From the human T2T-CHM13v2.0 reference genome, Homo sapiens, in assembly GCF_009914755.1 (NCBI RefSeq), contig NC_060934.1: a DNA stretch of 64,000 nucleotides; one strand, written 5' to 3'. This document shows, in pieces, positions 40,156 to 54,339 of this stretch. Every line of letters begins with the position of its first letter. Position 1 is the first letter of the stretch. Both the position numbers and the translations under genes were made by a program. Below the pieces are notes generated by a model. It did no database searches. It was not told where the DNA came from and saw only the letters and a program-made list of their open reading frames with translations.

Positions 40156-43100
40156 TTTTTTTATTATGGTAAAAAAGAAAACATGTAACATAAAATTTAC
40201 CATCTTAACCATTCTTAAGTATATAGGTCAGGAGTGTTAAGTATATTCACATTGTTGTGAAACAGATTTTTAGAACTGTTTATCTTGCATTATGAACCTC
40301 TGTACCCATTAAACAACAACTCTCCTTTCCCTCTCCTTCATTTCTTGCTAATCAACATTTTGCTTTCTAAGAATATGACTACTTTGTATGCCTCATATTA
40401 GTGGAATTATTCAGTATATTTCTTTGTGGATTGGCTTATGTTACTTAGCATAATCTTCTCAAGGTTTGCCTATGTTTTAGCATATGACAGAATTTCCTTT
40501 ATTTTAAAGGCTGAACAATATTCCATTGTATGCATAGACCACATTTTGTTAATCTAGTCATTCATCAATAAACATTTGGGTTGCTTCCATCTCTTGGCTA
40601 TAATGAATAGTGCTGCTGTAAAAAAGAATGTGCAGATATCTCTATGAGACCACATTTTCCATTCTTTTGTATATGTACTTAGAAGTAAGAGTGCTGGATC
40701 ACATGCTTATTTATTTTTAATTTTTTAAGGAAATTCCATACCATTTTTCATACGAGTTGAATCATTTTACAATTCCATCAGTGGTGTACAGGGTCCCAAT
40801 TTCTTCATATCCTTACCAACACTTGTTTTCTGTGTGTGTGTGTGTGTTGATTTTGTTTTGTTTTATTGGTTTTACTAGTTTTTTGCTTTTAAGTTTTTTA
40901 TTGTTGTTGTTAGTAGTAGCTATTATAATGGTTGTGAGATGACTTTCTCATTTTGGTTTTGACTTGCTTTTCTTGGATAATTAGTGATGTTGAACATCTT
41001 TTCATATGTTTCTTGGCCACTAATATATCATCTTGGAGAAATGTCTATTCAAGTCATTTGCCCATTTTTAAGTTGTGTTATTTGATGTTTTGTTGTTGAG
41101 TTGTGAGAGTCTTTAAATATTCTGGATGTTACTCTCCTATCAAATACATGATTTGTAAATTTTTCTTTCATTCTACAGGTTGTCTCTTCAGTCTTTTGAG
41201 TCCTTTGAGCACAAACCATTTTTATTTAAGTTTTATGTAATCCCATTTGTCTATTTTCACTTTTCTTGACTGTGCTTTTGGTATTATATTCAAGAATTTA
41301 TGCCAAATTTAATGTTGTGAAGTTTTTCTGCTATGTTGTCTGCCAGGAATTCTCTCATTTTATGCCTTACATGAAAGACTTTAATTCATTTTGAATTAGT
41401 TTTGCGTATGGTGTTATATAAGGGTCTAACTTCATGCTTTTGCATGTTGACATCCTATTTTCCCAACACCGTTTATTAAAGACATTGTCTTTTTATCATT
41501 GAGTAGTTTTGACTCGCTTGTCAAACATCGTTTGACCATGGTATTAGTCCATTCTCACACTGCTATAAAGAAATACCTGAGACTGGGTAATTCATAAGAA
41601 AGGAGGTTTAATGAAGAAATATCTGAGGCTGGGTAATTCATTAAAAAGGAGGTTTAGTTGGCTCACAGTTCCACAGGCTGTACAGGAAGCATGATGCTGG
41701 CATCTGTTAGGTTTCTGAGGAGTCCTCAAGGAAACTTTCAATCATGGCAGAAAGTGAAAGGAAAGCAGGCATGTCTTACATGGCAGGAGCAGGAAAAAGA
41801 AAGTGGGGAGGTGCTACACACTTTTAAACAACCAGATCACAGGAGAACTCAATCACTATGAGGGGACCAGAACCAATGGGGAAATCCACCCCCACAATCC
41901 AATCACCACCCACCAGACCCCACCTACAACATTGGAGATTACAATTTGACATGAGATTTGGGTGGCAACACAGATCCAAACCATATTAACCATATACATA
42001 TTTATTCCTAGGCTTTCCATTTTCTTTCCTTGGTTTATTTTTCTTTCTTTATGTCAGTACCATGCTGTCTTAATTATGTGGCTTTGTGGTACGTTTTTAA
42101 AAAGGAAGTGTGACTCCTCCAAATTTGATCTTTTTTTACAAAACTGTTCTGGCTATTTGCACCATAATTACAATAGCACAAGCTACCATTTTTGTCCTCA
42201 TATTTACCTTTATGTGTAGCTTTGTATTGCTGTCTGACACCCTTTCATTTCAACTTAAAGGATGCCTTTTAGCATTTCCTTTAAAGAGGTCTACTTGTAA
42301 TGTAATTCTGCAATTTTGATTCATCTAGGAGAGTCTTTATTTCTTTTTTATTTTCAAAAAACAGTTTTGCTGCATACAGTATTTCAACATGCTGAATATG
42401 TTATCCCACTCCCTTATGGTCCATATAGCTTCTGCTGAGAAATGTGCTGATATTTATGGAAGCCCCCTTGTAGATAATGAATTGCTTTTCTCCTGCTGCT
42501 GTCAAGATTCTCTCTGTCTTTGACTTTAGACAGTTTGATTATGATGTGTCTATGTGTAGTTCAATGTGGACTTTTTCTAGTTGGAGTTCTTTGAGATTCT
42601 TGAACCTATATAGCCTCTTCTTTCCTCAAATCTGGGAAGTTTTTGGCCATTATTTTCTTAAATAAGCTGCCCTCCTCTTTCTCTATGCTTCTTCTGGGAT
42701 TTTTATAATGTGCATATTAGACTTCTTGAATGTCCAAAAGTCCCTTGGATTCTCTTTGCTGTTCTTCATTTTTTTTTACCTTTTTATTCAATGATTTCAA
42801 ATAAGTTATTATCAAGTTTTGCTTATTCTTTCTTCAGCCTTATTAAGTCAGCTGTTGAGACCCGCTAATAATTTCTTCAGTGTACTTACGATATTTTCAA
42901 ATGTGGAATTCCTATTTTATTCTTTTTTATGCTTTCCATCTCTCTGTTGATATTTTCCTTTTGTTCATGCATGTTTTTCTGATTTCATCCAGTTTATTAC
43001 GTCTTTTAGTTCACTGAATATCTTTATAGGAGTTATTTTAGATTCTTTTTCAGACAGCTCACAGATTGCATTTATTTAGTCTTAATTTCTGGAGTTTTGG

Positions 43101-43730
43101 GTTTCTTTGATTTGACCATGTTTTCTAGTTTTTTAATATGCCTTGTAACTTTTGCCAGAACTTGGGCATTTAACAAAAACTACCACCTCTCACAATCTTT
43201 GTGTAACTGGCTTTAGGCAGAGAAAAGTCTTCATCAATTAGCCAGGCTGGAGGTTCTAGGACCTCTCAAACCTTTTATAATCTCTTGCTGTCACTGATAT
43301 TGGTCTTTAGAACTGCAGGTCTAACATGCAATGGTGCTTGCCTGTTATTCAGCAGGTTCCAAACTTTGCCATTTATCTGTTAGTGCTTTAAGTCAAGCAA
43401 GACAGCAATGAGTCCCTAGGGTATCTCCCAGACAAGCCAAAATGTTGGACACACAGTCCACTTCTTTATCTCCGTTCCAAGAGAGGATCTCTGTGTGGAG
43501 GGCTTCGTCCCAGTTGCTCTATACTATATCACATCAGAGGAGTTGTTTGAATGAGTGCGGCAAGCACCACACATTTTTTACCCCTTTCTCTGGGATCCAT
43601 TCTTGGTTTTACAATGGCCAAGATACTCTCACAGAGCTGCTCTAGTTTATATATTGTTGTTAACTAAATGTCTCTGAGGCAGAAAGAGGGTCTATGACTT
43701 CTTAGTCTGCCATCTTGCCGATATCACTCA
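40156..43730 (-). mobile_element. L1MB-like element (3' UTR and ORF2 end, then ORF1/5' region after an internal deletion) nested in L1MC
   Basis: AACATAAAATTTACCATCTTAACCATT is a reverse L1MB 3' end; GCTTCTGCTGAGAAAT and TTTGACTTTAGACAGTTTGATTATGATGTG are reverse ORF1-region motifs. Confidence 0.72.
41540..41988 (-). mobile_element. MSTA/THE1-type MaLR solo LTR
   Basis: GTATTAGTCCATTCTCACACTGCTATAAAG...GATCCAAACCATATTA; perfect 5-bp TSD ACCAT at 41535-39 and 41989-93. Confidence 0.9.
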
Positions 43731-43733
43731 AGT

Positions 43734-44046
43734 TTTTTTTGTTTTTTGTTTTTGTCTTTTTGAGACGAGAGTCTCACTCTGTTGCCCAGGCTGGAATGCA
43801 GTGGTGCAATCACGGCTCACTGCAGCCTCAAATTCCTAGGCTCAAGTGAGCCTTCTGCCTCAGCCTCTCAAGTAGCTAGGACGGCAAGTGAGAACTACCA
43901 AGACCACCTAATTATTTAACTTTTTTTTGTAGAGACAGTATCCCACCATATTGTCCAGGCTGGTCTCAAACTACGGGGCTCAAGCAATTCTCCTATCTTG
44001 GCCTTCCAAAGTGTTGGGATTATAGTCATGAGCCACCACTCCCAGG
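43734..44046 (-). mobile_element. AluJ
   Basis: Reverse Alu with AluJ diagnostics (CACGGCTCACTGCAGCCTCAA). Confidence 0.9.
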
Positions 44047-44322
44047 CTCAGAAGTTTTTAATTGTAATGAAGTCCAATGTGTTATTTGTTTCTTTCATGT
44101 ATTGTGCCTTTTGTCTTGTATTTTAAAAGTCATCATCAAACCCAAAGTCATCTGCATTTTCTTCTATATGTTATCTTCTAGGAGTTTGAGTTTTGTATTT
44201 TACCTTTAGGTCTATGATCTACTTTAAGCTAAATTTTGTGAAGGATGTAGGTTCTGTGTCTAGATTCTTTTAGTTTTTCTTTTGTTTTGTTTCTTTTCCA
44301 TGTGGATATCAAAGTGTTTTAG

Positions 44323-44784
<462 letters not shown>

Positions 44785-46036
44785 TGATCTGTTTGTCTAT
44801 CATGTGTTTTTGCAGGATAATTCTTAAAGTTTCTGAAATATTTCTTACATCTAAGTAAATGTATATAGTTCTACAAGATATGCAGTATAAGAAGGTGAAC
44901 ACTAAGTCAGCATTAATGTAAGGGATAGAACATTGTCAATATAGTAAAGCTTCCACACACCCCTTACTGAAGAATATACCTACCTGACTTCCAAGCTTAA
45001 TTCCAATATTATATTTATCATTCCGTTGCTTTTATTGTAGTTTACTACAAATATATATCTAAAATTAAACATTAAATTGTTGATTTGAATGGTATCATCC
45101 TGAAAAGACCCATTGTCTTTTCATTGTTTTACTGTTAGAATCTAGTACAAAGACTGAGAAAGTAGAAATAGCATGGGTTTTATTTGTTTGCTGGTTTATT
45201 TTTACTATTACTTGAAATAATACAAAAGAATGTGTTATCATACTGAAATACCCAGATGCTCTCTAAGGCACCTATAAAGGATTTTCCATTTGACAAATTA
45301 GGGCTACAAGGCTGCTTTGAAAAGCTTCTTTGATGTAGTTGTACCCCTGAAATAGTAGACTGAGGATCAGAGTCATTGTATTCCTGACTGTTCCATTGTC
45401 ACTGACAACGCAATAGTCTACCTTACATTACTGTTTTGGTTTCACTTCAGGGAGAACTACGTTTGAGATTTCTTGATACTTTCCACTTCCAGAATGTTTA
45501 CATTTTTTACTCCCAACCATCACTAGCATGCTGAATTAATGTTTTAGATAAAACAAAGAAGTCAGCTACTGATAAAGATCCCGTCTCTTCCCTGTGTTCA
45601 AATGGCAATTCTTTAATTACTCTATTGCTGTAAAATAGAAAACTTGTGGTATGGGGTATAGGAGAGAGGCCAGCATCATAAGGGCAATAAGATGTGGCCA
45701 AACACTCTCCACTTAATTGAAATTTGTTTCCTAAAAATTCCAGCAAATACCTGACAAAGTTTGTATTCATCTTTACGACCTGGAAGAGTAATCTCCAATT
45801 TTTCCCTACCTTTGATCTTTGTTGGAATCCTCTAACTATCATTATTTTGTTTTGGTGATTTTTTTTCCATTCTGCTCCAAACCACAGGTTTTTGCCGCTG
45901 TTAGCTGCACCTCCTGCAAGATCTAGTCTAGACTTGTCTCTCTGCTGAAGGTGTCATTTTTTTTAATCCACTTTTCTAGGAGCTAGCTGTCCTCAGCTTA
46001 CCAAAGGATTATAAGGTTAACCAAAATCCTAGGCAA

Positions 46037-46494
46037 TGTAGAACAGATAAAGTAAAATCTTTCCTCATCCATCACAAAGTTCATGGCCAACACTCCTATG
46101 AAAAAAAAATTAACAAGAGAAAAACATAGCAAATTTAATTAACCAAAGTTTGACATAACATGAGAGCCTTTAGAAATGAGGACCCAGAGAAAATTGTGTA
46201 TTTTTATGTGAAGTCTGATGAAAGAAGTAAATGGTTGTAAAGAAACATGAACATACAGAAGGGGTATGACCTAACGATAATAAACTAGGAGAGAATGCAG
46301 CAAGCTTTATGTGTTAGATTCTTCTCTGTGTGACTGTGTGACATTCCTTCCCCCTGTGTACGGAGCGGGACACCTGTCCCATGACGGTCTTTTGACCTAC
46401 TTACAGAGGACAGCCCTCACAGAGAAAGGTAGAAAAAGTCAGGGAGTGACCTCCAAGTTATCTTACTTCGGGTAGCATAGCCCGCACCCTGTCA
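46037..46494 (-). mobile_element. MER4-group ERV1 solo LTR, subfamily uncertain
   Basis: TG...CA termini, TTAACAAGAGAAAAACATA..AAATTTA motif; flanks GCAA/GTGA are consistent with a CpG-decayed GCGA TSD. Confidence 0.6.
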
Positions 46495-47605
46495 GTGATA
46501 ATAAATAAAATAAAGAAGAAAAGCAGGCAATTTGAAGGGCAATAGTCTGGTTTAACAATTATTATTTTAGAATTCAGAAAATGAGCTTTAACATATAGTT
46601 GCTATTAATTATGAGCTGTATCTTCTTAATCAAATGATTTGTTTTATTTGCACAGTGGCATAGATAATATTTGCTTCACATGGTTACTGTTTTATTTTTT
46701 TAGGATGATATGATTGAATTCACCCTCTGATCTCCAATGGCCTAAGTGACTATAAGTATTTAAAAATAATTCTTGGGGCCTGACAAAGGTTTGGGAGGTA
46801 TGTGGTTAAATTGCAGCTACTGTGAGGTTTTTGACACTATGTTTAAAAATAGTTATATTCTTGTAAAAATAAATGCACATGGAAATGAACAATGTATACT
46901 AAGTAGGAGGAATAAAATATATTAAAAGAATCAGAGAAGTAGTTGTTAAAAAAACAGAATGGATACATTATGGCAAAATTTGCCTTTAGTTTTCAGAGAG
47001 GTCATTGACATAGGAAATATATTGGATTCTTTATCTTGTCATTTCTGATTAGAAAAAAATTAATCTTACAAGTATGTTTGAAGAGATCTGGTGTAGCAAT
47101 AAATACCCCAAATTCTAGTAAATATAATACCACTTTTATGTTAATGTTATCATTACATTTCATGTACAGCTGCAGTTTCCACTAAAGTCCTCGTTATACT
47201 TCATGTAAATTTCTACACATTTAAAAATATACAGCAATATGTGAATATATGAAAATGTCTTTTACTGTAAGATCAATTTTCTCTTATTTTACAGTGGGAG
47301 ATTTCAATGGAGGAGAAACCCAAATGTCAAAATCCTGAGTTTTTTCAGCTAGGATTTTGACTATTCCAGTGCCTCTAGAAACAAATTTACTAAGTCATTT
47401 TTTTCAGATTCAAAAAAAAGCTTTTGTTTCTCTCACCATAATGGTATCTGTGTAAACTGACTTTGTGTTTTGTCAAAATACTTTATGAGTGTTGCCAAAA
47501 CATAACCTCCCCTAATAAAGTGACTTATTCTGGTGAAAAGCCTGCTCCTCATGACTTCTTAGTCTCCTCCTTCTGCTCCCTGGAAATCTTATTTTTCACT
47601 GGATT

Positions 47606-47716
47606 TTCCCTTCCCTTCCCTTCCCTCCCCTCCCCTCCCCTCCCTTCCCTTTTTCCCTTCCCTTCCCTTCCCTTCCCTTCCCTTCCCTTCCCTTCCCTTC
47701 CCTTCCTTTCCTTTCT
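47606..47716. repeat. (CCCTT)n polypyrimidine/polypurine repeat derived from an Alu tail
   Basis: Directly visible. Confidence 0.92.
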
Positions 47717-47995
47717 GTTTTTGAGACACGGTCTTACTCTATTGCCCAGGCTAAAGTGCACTGGTGTGATTACTGCTCACTGCAATATCAACCTGCCAGG
47801 CTAAAATGATCCTCCCACTTCAGCCTCCTGAGTAGTTGGGACTACATGACCAGCTACTTTTTTTATTATTATTTTTTGTAGAGATGGGGTCTGTGTTGGC
47901 CAGGCTGGTCTTGAACACCTGTGGTCTCAAGTGATCCTCCCACCTTGGCCTCCCAAAGTGCTGAGATTACAAGCATGAGCCACCACACTTAGCCT
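47717..47995 (-). mobile_element. AluJ
   Basis: Diverged reverse Alu with a small internal deletion. Confidence 0.9.
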
Positions 47996-48150
47996 AGATT
48001 TGTTTCTTTTTAAATTTATGTGTGTAAAAATAATTTACTACACGCTTAATTTAAATATATTCTTGGGACTACTGTTTTGAAGTTGATTTAATTGAATTTA
48101 TTATTTCTCTTGAGAAATTTTATCTTCCTACCAAGTGCTTCATGTATCTG

Positions 48151-48195
48151 TACACACACACACACATACACACACACATATATACAAACACACAC
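48151..48195. repeat. Interrupted (CA)n microsatellite
   Basis: Directly visible. Confidence 0.8.
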
Positions 48196-49578
48196 TATTT
48201 ATCTGCTTCATATTTCCAGAGAACTAAAGTATGTTTACTCAGGGAAAAACAAAATGATAAAGGGGAACATGCAACTGGATAGTAATTTCTGAAGCAGTCT
48301 TTCCCTACTTTATGTATAATAACTCTGAACAACAACAACAAAAAAAAAAAACAGAAAAATGTGAAGTTATCAGTGTATTGCTAGAAACTGAGTAACATTT
48401 TCACTAACTGAAAGACGATAAAGTGTTATTAAGAAACTCAATTTGTGTGGCATAGGAAAGAGCATGGCCTGGTCTACAAAAGCCAAGATGTTTTAAGACA
48501 TGTTGTCCCTTCTGCACTCTTTTCCCCATGATCAGAAATGCAAGATCCTTCTAAACAGAAAACACGGTGTATGTATCTCTCCTGCAAGGATGTTCCTCTG
48601 TGAGGTGGACAAAGTGCTGTTCTCCTCAAGTATCCTTGAGTACTCTCTATGCAAATTCATACAGAGACCATGGAATCCAAAAACAAATAAACCAGAGCAG
48701 TGAGAGCTGATGGTGGCATACTGAATGCTGGGAAACACAGACCACATCATTAAAATGTAGCAAAGTAGTAGAGACAGAGTGAGATTTAGATGCTCCAAAC
48801 TAAGAGTTTCAGCTTTTTATATGTTTAAAATGTATTTAGAAAGCCCAAGAACTAAGCACAAGAGGTAAAAGAGAAACTTTCTTCAAATAGATAGGTGTAT
48901 TATGAACATTTAAAATACGCTTAGATACAGAAGAAAGGGGTTCATTAATTGGTGAGTTCATCAATCTTCTCTAGATATATAAAGGGAATTTGGCCATCAC
49001 TTAAGTGATGCCTCCATATAGGCAAGGACAATCCATTCATGTGTCAGACAGATAACGTCCAGGTGTATTTTTAATCTTTCAACAATGATTGATGAGTACA
49101 ACAACAACAAAATATTTTACATATATAAAATTATCTATTTACCAAATATTGATCGTGCTAATGTTTGTTCTTTACCCTGGGATGCCTTTAGGGAAAGAAT
49201 AGTCAAAAATGTAAAGATAAGAAGATAAGATCAAAAGACAGCCATCAGAGATAGAGTGGATTAAGAAAAGATGACTAACATGTAAATTTTTAAAACAGAA
49301 ATAGAAATAGGATAGTTAGAGAAATAGGATCTTCATTAAAGACAGTGAATAAAAGCTATAGTGTGACCCTCTTCTCAACTGTTTCTTCCAGGTGCCTTTG
49401 TGCTCCACTTATTGCTATCATTCTTCCAGACAATTTGTTCACGTGGACAGCTGCACCCCACCTTTCATTTTCAGGGTAAACATTAGTACCACGAATGGCA
49501 CTTTCTCAAGACCACCAACTCTGGTGCTAATCTCCAGCCAAAATCAATAGGAAAATACTTCCGCTCTTTTGATCAGTG

Positions 49579-49919
49579 TTTTTTTTTGTTTGTTTGTTTG
49601 GTTTGGTTTGGTTTGGTTTGGTTTGGTTTGGTTTGGTTTGGTTTGGTTTGAGACAGGGTTTGGCTTTGTTGCCCAGGCTGGAGTACCACGGTGTGATCTC
49701 AGCTCATTGCAACCTCTGCCTCCTGGCTTCAAGCAATCCTCCTACCCCAGCTTCCCAAGTAGCTGGGACTACAGTCATGTGCCACCACACTGTCTAATTT
49801 TTGGATATTATAAAGACAACATGTTGCCCAGGCTGATCTCAAACTCCTGGGCTCAAGCAATCCTCTTAACTCGGCCTCCCAAAGTGTTGGGATTCCAGGT
49901 GTAAACAGCATGCCCAGCC
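49579..49919 (-). mobile_element. AluJ with (TTTGG)n tail (49597-49649)
   Basis: Reverse Alu plus pentamer repeat; TGATC..TGT on both flanks. Confidence 0.9.
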
Positions 49920-50069
49920 AAGTGATCGATGTCTTTAGAGGATTTTATTTTCTTTTTTTCAGCTGAATTTTCAAGGTCTTAGCCATGTAAGGAAAGTTTC
50001 CCTTTTATAATGTAGTCCCTTCTTTAGAGTACATTTGCTCTTTGGGAAGGAAATATTTTGTGTGTTTAA

Positions 50070-50536
50070 TTGTGATAGTGTTCTCTCCTTTAAAAAAGTT
50101 GAAATCCTAATACTCCAGAACTTAGAACATGACGTTATTTGGAAAAGGGTTGCAGATGTAATTAGTTAAGATGAGTTCACACTGGAGTTGGATAGGCAGT
50201 TCTTAATCAATATGACTGGTCTTGTTATTAGAAGAGAAGGGATACACAGAAGGAAGATGGCCACATGAAGACACAAGGAGGATGCCATGTGATGATGGAG
50301 ATAGAAACTGGAGTGATGGATCTACAAGCCAAGGACCCGAAGGATTGCCAGCTGTCATCAGAAACTAGAAGACAGCCCTGGAATAGATTCTCTCTCAGAA
50401 CTCTCCAAAGGAACCAACCTTGCTGACACCTCAGTTTCAGACTTACAGTCTCCAGAGGTGTGAAAGATTAAATTTCTGTGGTCTCACACCACCTGGTCTG
50501 TGATACTTTGTTAGAGGAGCCATAGCAAACTAATAT
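50070..50536 (+). mobile_element. MLT1B/C-type MaLR LTR
   Basis: TTATTTGGAAAAGGG..TTGCAGATGTAATTAGTTAAGATGAG; CTACAAGCCAAGGA; ends GCAAACTAATA. Confidence 0.85.
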
Positions 50537-50833
50537 AGGATCTAATCTTGCAACAATGACTCCTGGCTGCCAGCAGTCCCAGGTGTTCAGTCCGCACCTT
50601 TTTTTCAGATCTTTTTTTTTCTTTTTTTATCGTAATCTTTTTCCAAGGGATCCAGTTTCTTTTCTTCTAGTCTGTCCCCATCCAGGCACTCTTAACTATG
50701 AATAAGATTCAAGCTCTACCCTATAAAAACACACATGTCATTGAAAATCAAGGATTATTTGAGCAATAGTGTCCATATTCTTAAATATTCCATGACAAAA
50801 GCTACAATGCCAGGAACACACACATTCCTTCTG

Positions 50834-51313
50834 TGAAGATACTAAAGAATAAATTATTCAATAATACTCATTAAAGCCTGGTAAGGTAGAATTTATTCAG
50901 GACCATTGTGATAGGTATAAGGACCACTTCAATGATATTTTGCAGTGAGAAAGAGAGATTGAGCTCAACTGCAAATAAAACATGGCAAGTGTGAATTCAT
51001 AGCCCACAAAGGTCAGGGTAGGGGTCAGTGAATAAAAAATTAAAGGTAAGAAGGAATTCTGACTAAACTGACTTATCAGGATTTTTTCTGAAGACAGGCT
51101 AGGGTAACTAAATATCATCTGGGAGATAGTGGAAGTTGAGGAAGCTGATCACATATCGAGGGTGATCACACATCAAAGGAAGGGGGTTATTCTTGATAAA
51201 CTGACTTAGCAGGATTCTTGCTAAAGCTGGATTTTATAAGAAAGTGCACAGATGGGCCTAGGAAAACATTCAGGAGACTGACTAAAGTTTGGTCAAGCAG
51301 AGAATCTTAGCCA
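50834..51313 (-). mobile_element. MER31/MER67-like ERV1 LTR
   Basis: Minus strand starts ..ATTCTCTGCTTGACCAAACTTTAGTCAG; TTTATTCAGGACCATTG motif. Confidence 0.7.
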
Positions 51314-51385
51314 AAGACACACTTAACCTCACAGAGCTGTTTAACAGAGACACATCTCTGATAACAGCCATAAGACTTACATGCA

Positions 51386-51709
51386 TTTTTTTTTTTTTAA
51401 ACAGGGTCTTCCTCTGGGAGATCACAGCTCATTGAAGCCCTGATTGCCCTGGCTCAAGTGATCCTTCCACCTTGGTTATAATAATAACCAATCCTCTCAG
51501 AAATGTGAGAATGGTTCCTGCTTTAGCCTCCCAAGTAGCTGGGACTACAGGTGTGTGCCACCATGCCTGGCTAATTTTTTGATTTTTTTGTAGAGATGAG
51601 GTCTCACTGTGTTGTCCAGGCTGATCTAGAATTCCTGGGCTTCAAGCAATCCTCCTGCCTTGGTCTCCCAAAGTACTGGGATTAGAGGCATGAGCCACCA
51701 CAACTGGCC
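51386..51709 (-). mobile_element. AluJ with an internal deletion and a ~50-bp foreign insert
   Basis: Reverse Alu interrupted between ATCCTTCCACCT and TAGCCTCCCAAG. Confidence 0.88.
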
Positions 51710-52577
51710 AGACTTATATATATTTTCAAAATATTCATGCATATAATGTGCAAAATATTTTTTATTTTTGTATATTTTCCCTATATATGTTAAAATATTT
51801 TCTTATCTTTATGTTGTCTATCATGCCTAGGAAAAAAAAAATCTCAGAAATGTGAGAATTGTTCCTGGTTTAATCTCTGAGGTTTTAACTATTTTTTTCT
51901 TTACTTCTAAATTTAGTTTTGAATCAGCATTCAGTTTGCTTAAGTACCCCAAACATTGGGACAGATAACCTTGTACTTTTTCTCCCAAAGTGATGTCTAA
52001 ACTTGAGAGAATTTTTAAAACTTATGAGTGATTTCTCAAAGAATTTATCTCATTTGAAATTACGGAGATCATGCTGATCCTATAAACCATTAGATCCCAT
52101 GGAGAAATGTTAGCTATAGGGCTGCAGTGATCAGATTGCTCTAGATGCAACAAATCTTTTCTTTACTAGATCAGTAACCTAACAGGTTTTGTTTCTTTCC
52201 TGGCTCTGTTTTAGCCCTGTCTCTTTTTCTACCTCATATCATCCATTCTCCAGAAGCTAATATTACTCATCATTTTCATCACAAGTTCATGCACTCAGGC
52301 ATGGAAACCCAATAATATATTCTGGTACCTACATATAACTTACATAATAAAATGCAACATTATATTTAAAAACCAGTCTTCTGTTTCCAAAATTGCTGTG
52401 TGTATGTTGAAGAATCTTGTTTACCCTGTTAAAGAGTTTGAATTTTGTCTTGAAAGTGCTGAATACTTATTAAAGGGTTTTGTGATAGAAAATAAAAAAT
52501 AATATACTTCTAGTTTTGAAAGCCTGAGGCTAATGGTGACAAGTAAAGAACATGAATTAGAGAGGTGATTCTAGCTC

Positions 52578-53151
52578 CTAGATATAAATAATCATGGTGA
52601 CTTTCAAAGTAACAAATGTACTAGACAAAGTTAAACAGGTAAGAAAGGCTTTATTCGAGACTACTACAATAGGGAGAGAGACTAAGGTCAACTAAGTAGA
52701 AGCAAAAGGTGAGAAGGTTTTGAGGCACTTGGTTGATCCAGTGAAAAAGAAGTTATGGTGAAGATTAATCAATGGGATGTTTTGAGCATATTGAGTCGTT
52801 CCTGAGTTTGCAAATGCTTTTCCTTGTGATTAGGCCATCTGTGTTAGCAAATCAGCATACCCACAGAAATTAAGCTACTACTCTCCTATAGAGGATGGAG
52901 GATAGAAGTGTTATTTTCTTCATGTTTACATTTCAAAGAGATGGTTCCCAGCCCTTTGAGACAGACATTTTCTGGGTTGTAAACTGGAAAGAGGCTATTT
53001 ACAGCCATTTCAAAGGAACAGAAAAAGAGTATACAATTGGCAAGTTTTCTACAGTAAATGCTGTAAGCAAAGGGGGATCAGGAGCCTAAAGGTAGAAGAA
53101 GCCTGTTTAAAATGTGTCAAGCTGAGGAAAACATTGATTCCATGTTGGTTA
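52578..53151 (-). mobile_element. MER67-like ERV1 LTR
   Basis: GACAAAGTTAAACAGGTAAGAAAGGCTTTATTC; end TCAAGCTGAGGAAAAC..TTGGTTA. Confidence 0.65.
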
Positions 53152-53159
53152 GTAGTCAT

Positions 53160-53680
<521 letters not shown>

Positions 53681-53744
53681 TTACCATGTCTAGAGACATG
53701 GGGACTGCTGTGTATTTTATTGCTGGATGTTAGTTGAGAAAAAT

Positions 53745-54110
53745 AAATTTTGAGGTTGTGGCAGTGAGGATGACAAGGTAAGAACATATTTCAGGGCTAT
53801 TTGGTAGTTAGAGTAGAGAGGTCTTTGTGATTACCTGTGTGTACCAGATGAAAGCTACATTAAATATTAGATTTCTGGATTTTAAAAATGAATTAAATGA
53901 TGGTAACTTTCGCAAAGATGGAAAAGACAGGATGAGTTGTCTGGAAAACTAAAATAAGTTTGGTTTGGAAAAAGTGAATTCAGCTGTGATAATTAGGTAA
54001 AAAAAGAATAAGGGATGAAAAAGTAGTATAGATTGTATAGTCACTGACATACAAGTTGAAGCCATTGGGGTAAAAGGAACTGCTCAGGAATAGTGAGTAG
54101 TGAGAAGAGG
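53745..54110. mobile_element. L2 fragment (tentative)
   Basis: Purine-rich degenerate L2-like motifs (GGTTGTGGCAGTGAGGATG; GTTGAAGCCATTGGGGT). Confidence 0.4.
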
Positions 54111-54339
54111 AAAGAATAGAAAAGAGTGTTTTGGTCAGGAACAAGAAATGCTTGAATTAGTCAGGTTAGCCATGATGAGCTGTATTGTCAACTATAGCAA
54201 CTGCCATTGGTTTCGGAAAATTAGAGATAATCACATTTCCAATTGTGCTAAAGGCAAAGTCTTCTAATATGAAGGTGTTTTATCAGACTACAAAGCACAC
54301 CTATATTTACTCATGACAGCCTAAGATTCCTTATTCCTT

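Noticed and set aside
45507-45842. 111-aa minus-strand ORF in non-repetitive sequence
   Set aside because: No recognisable domain and only weak splice signals; compatible with chance
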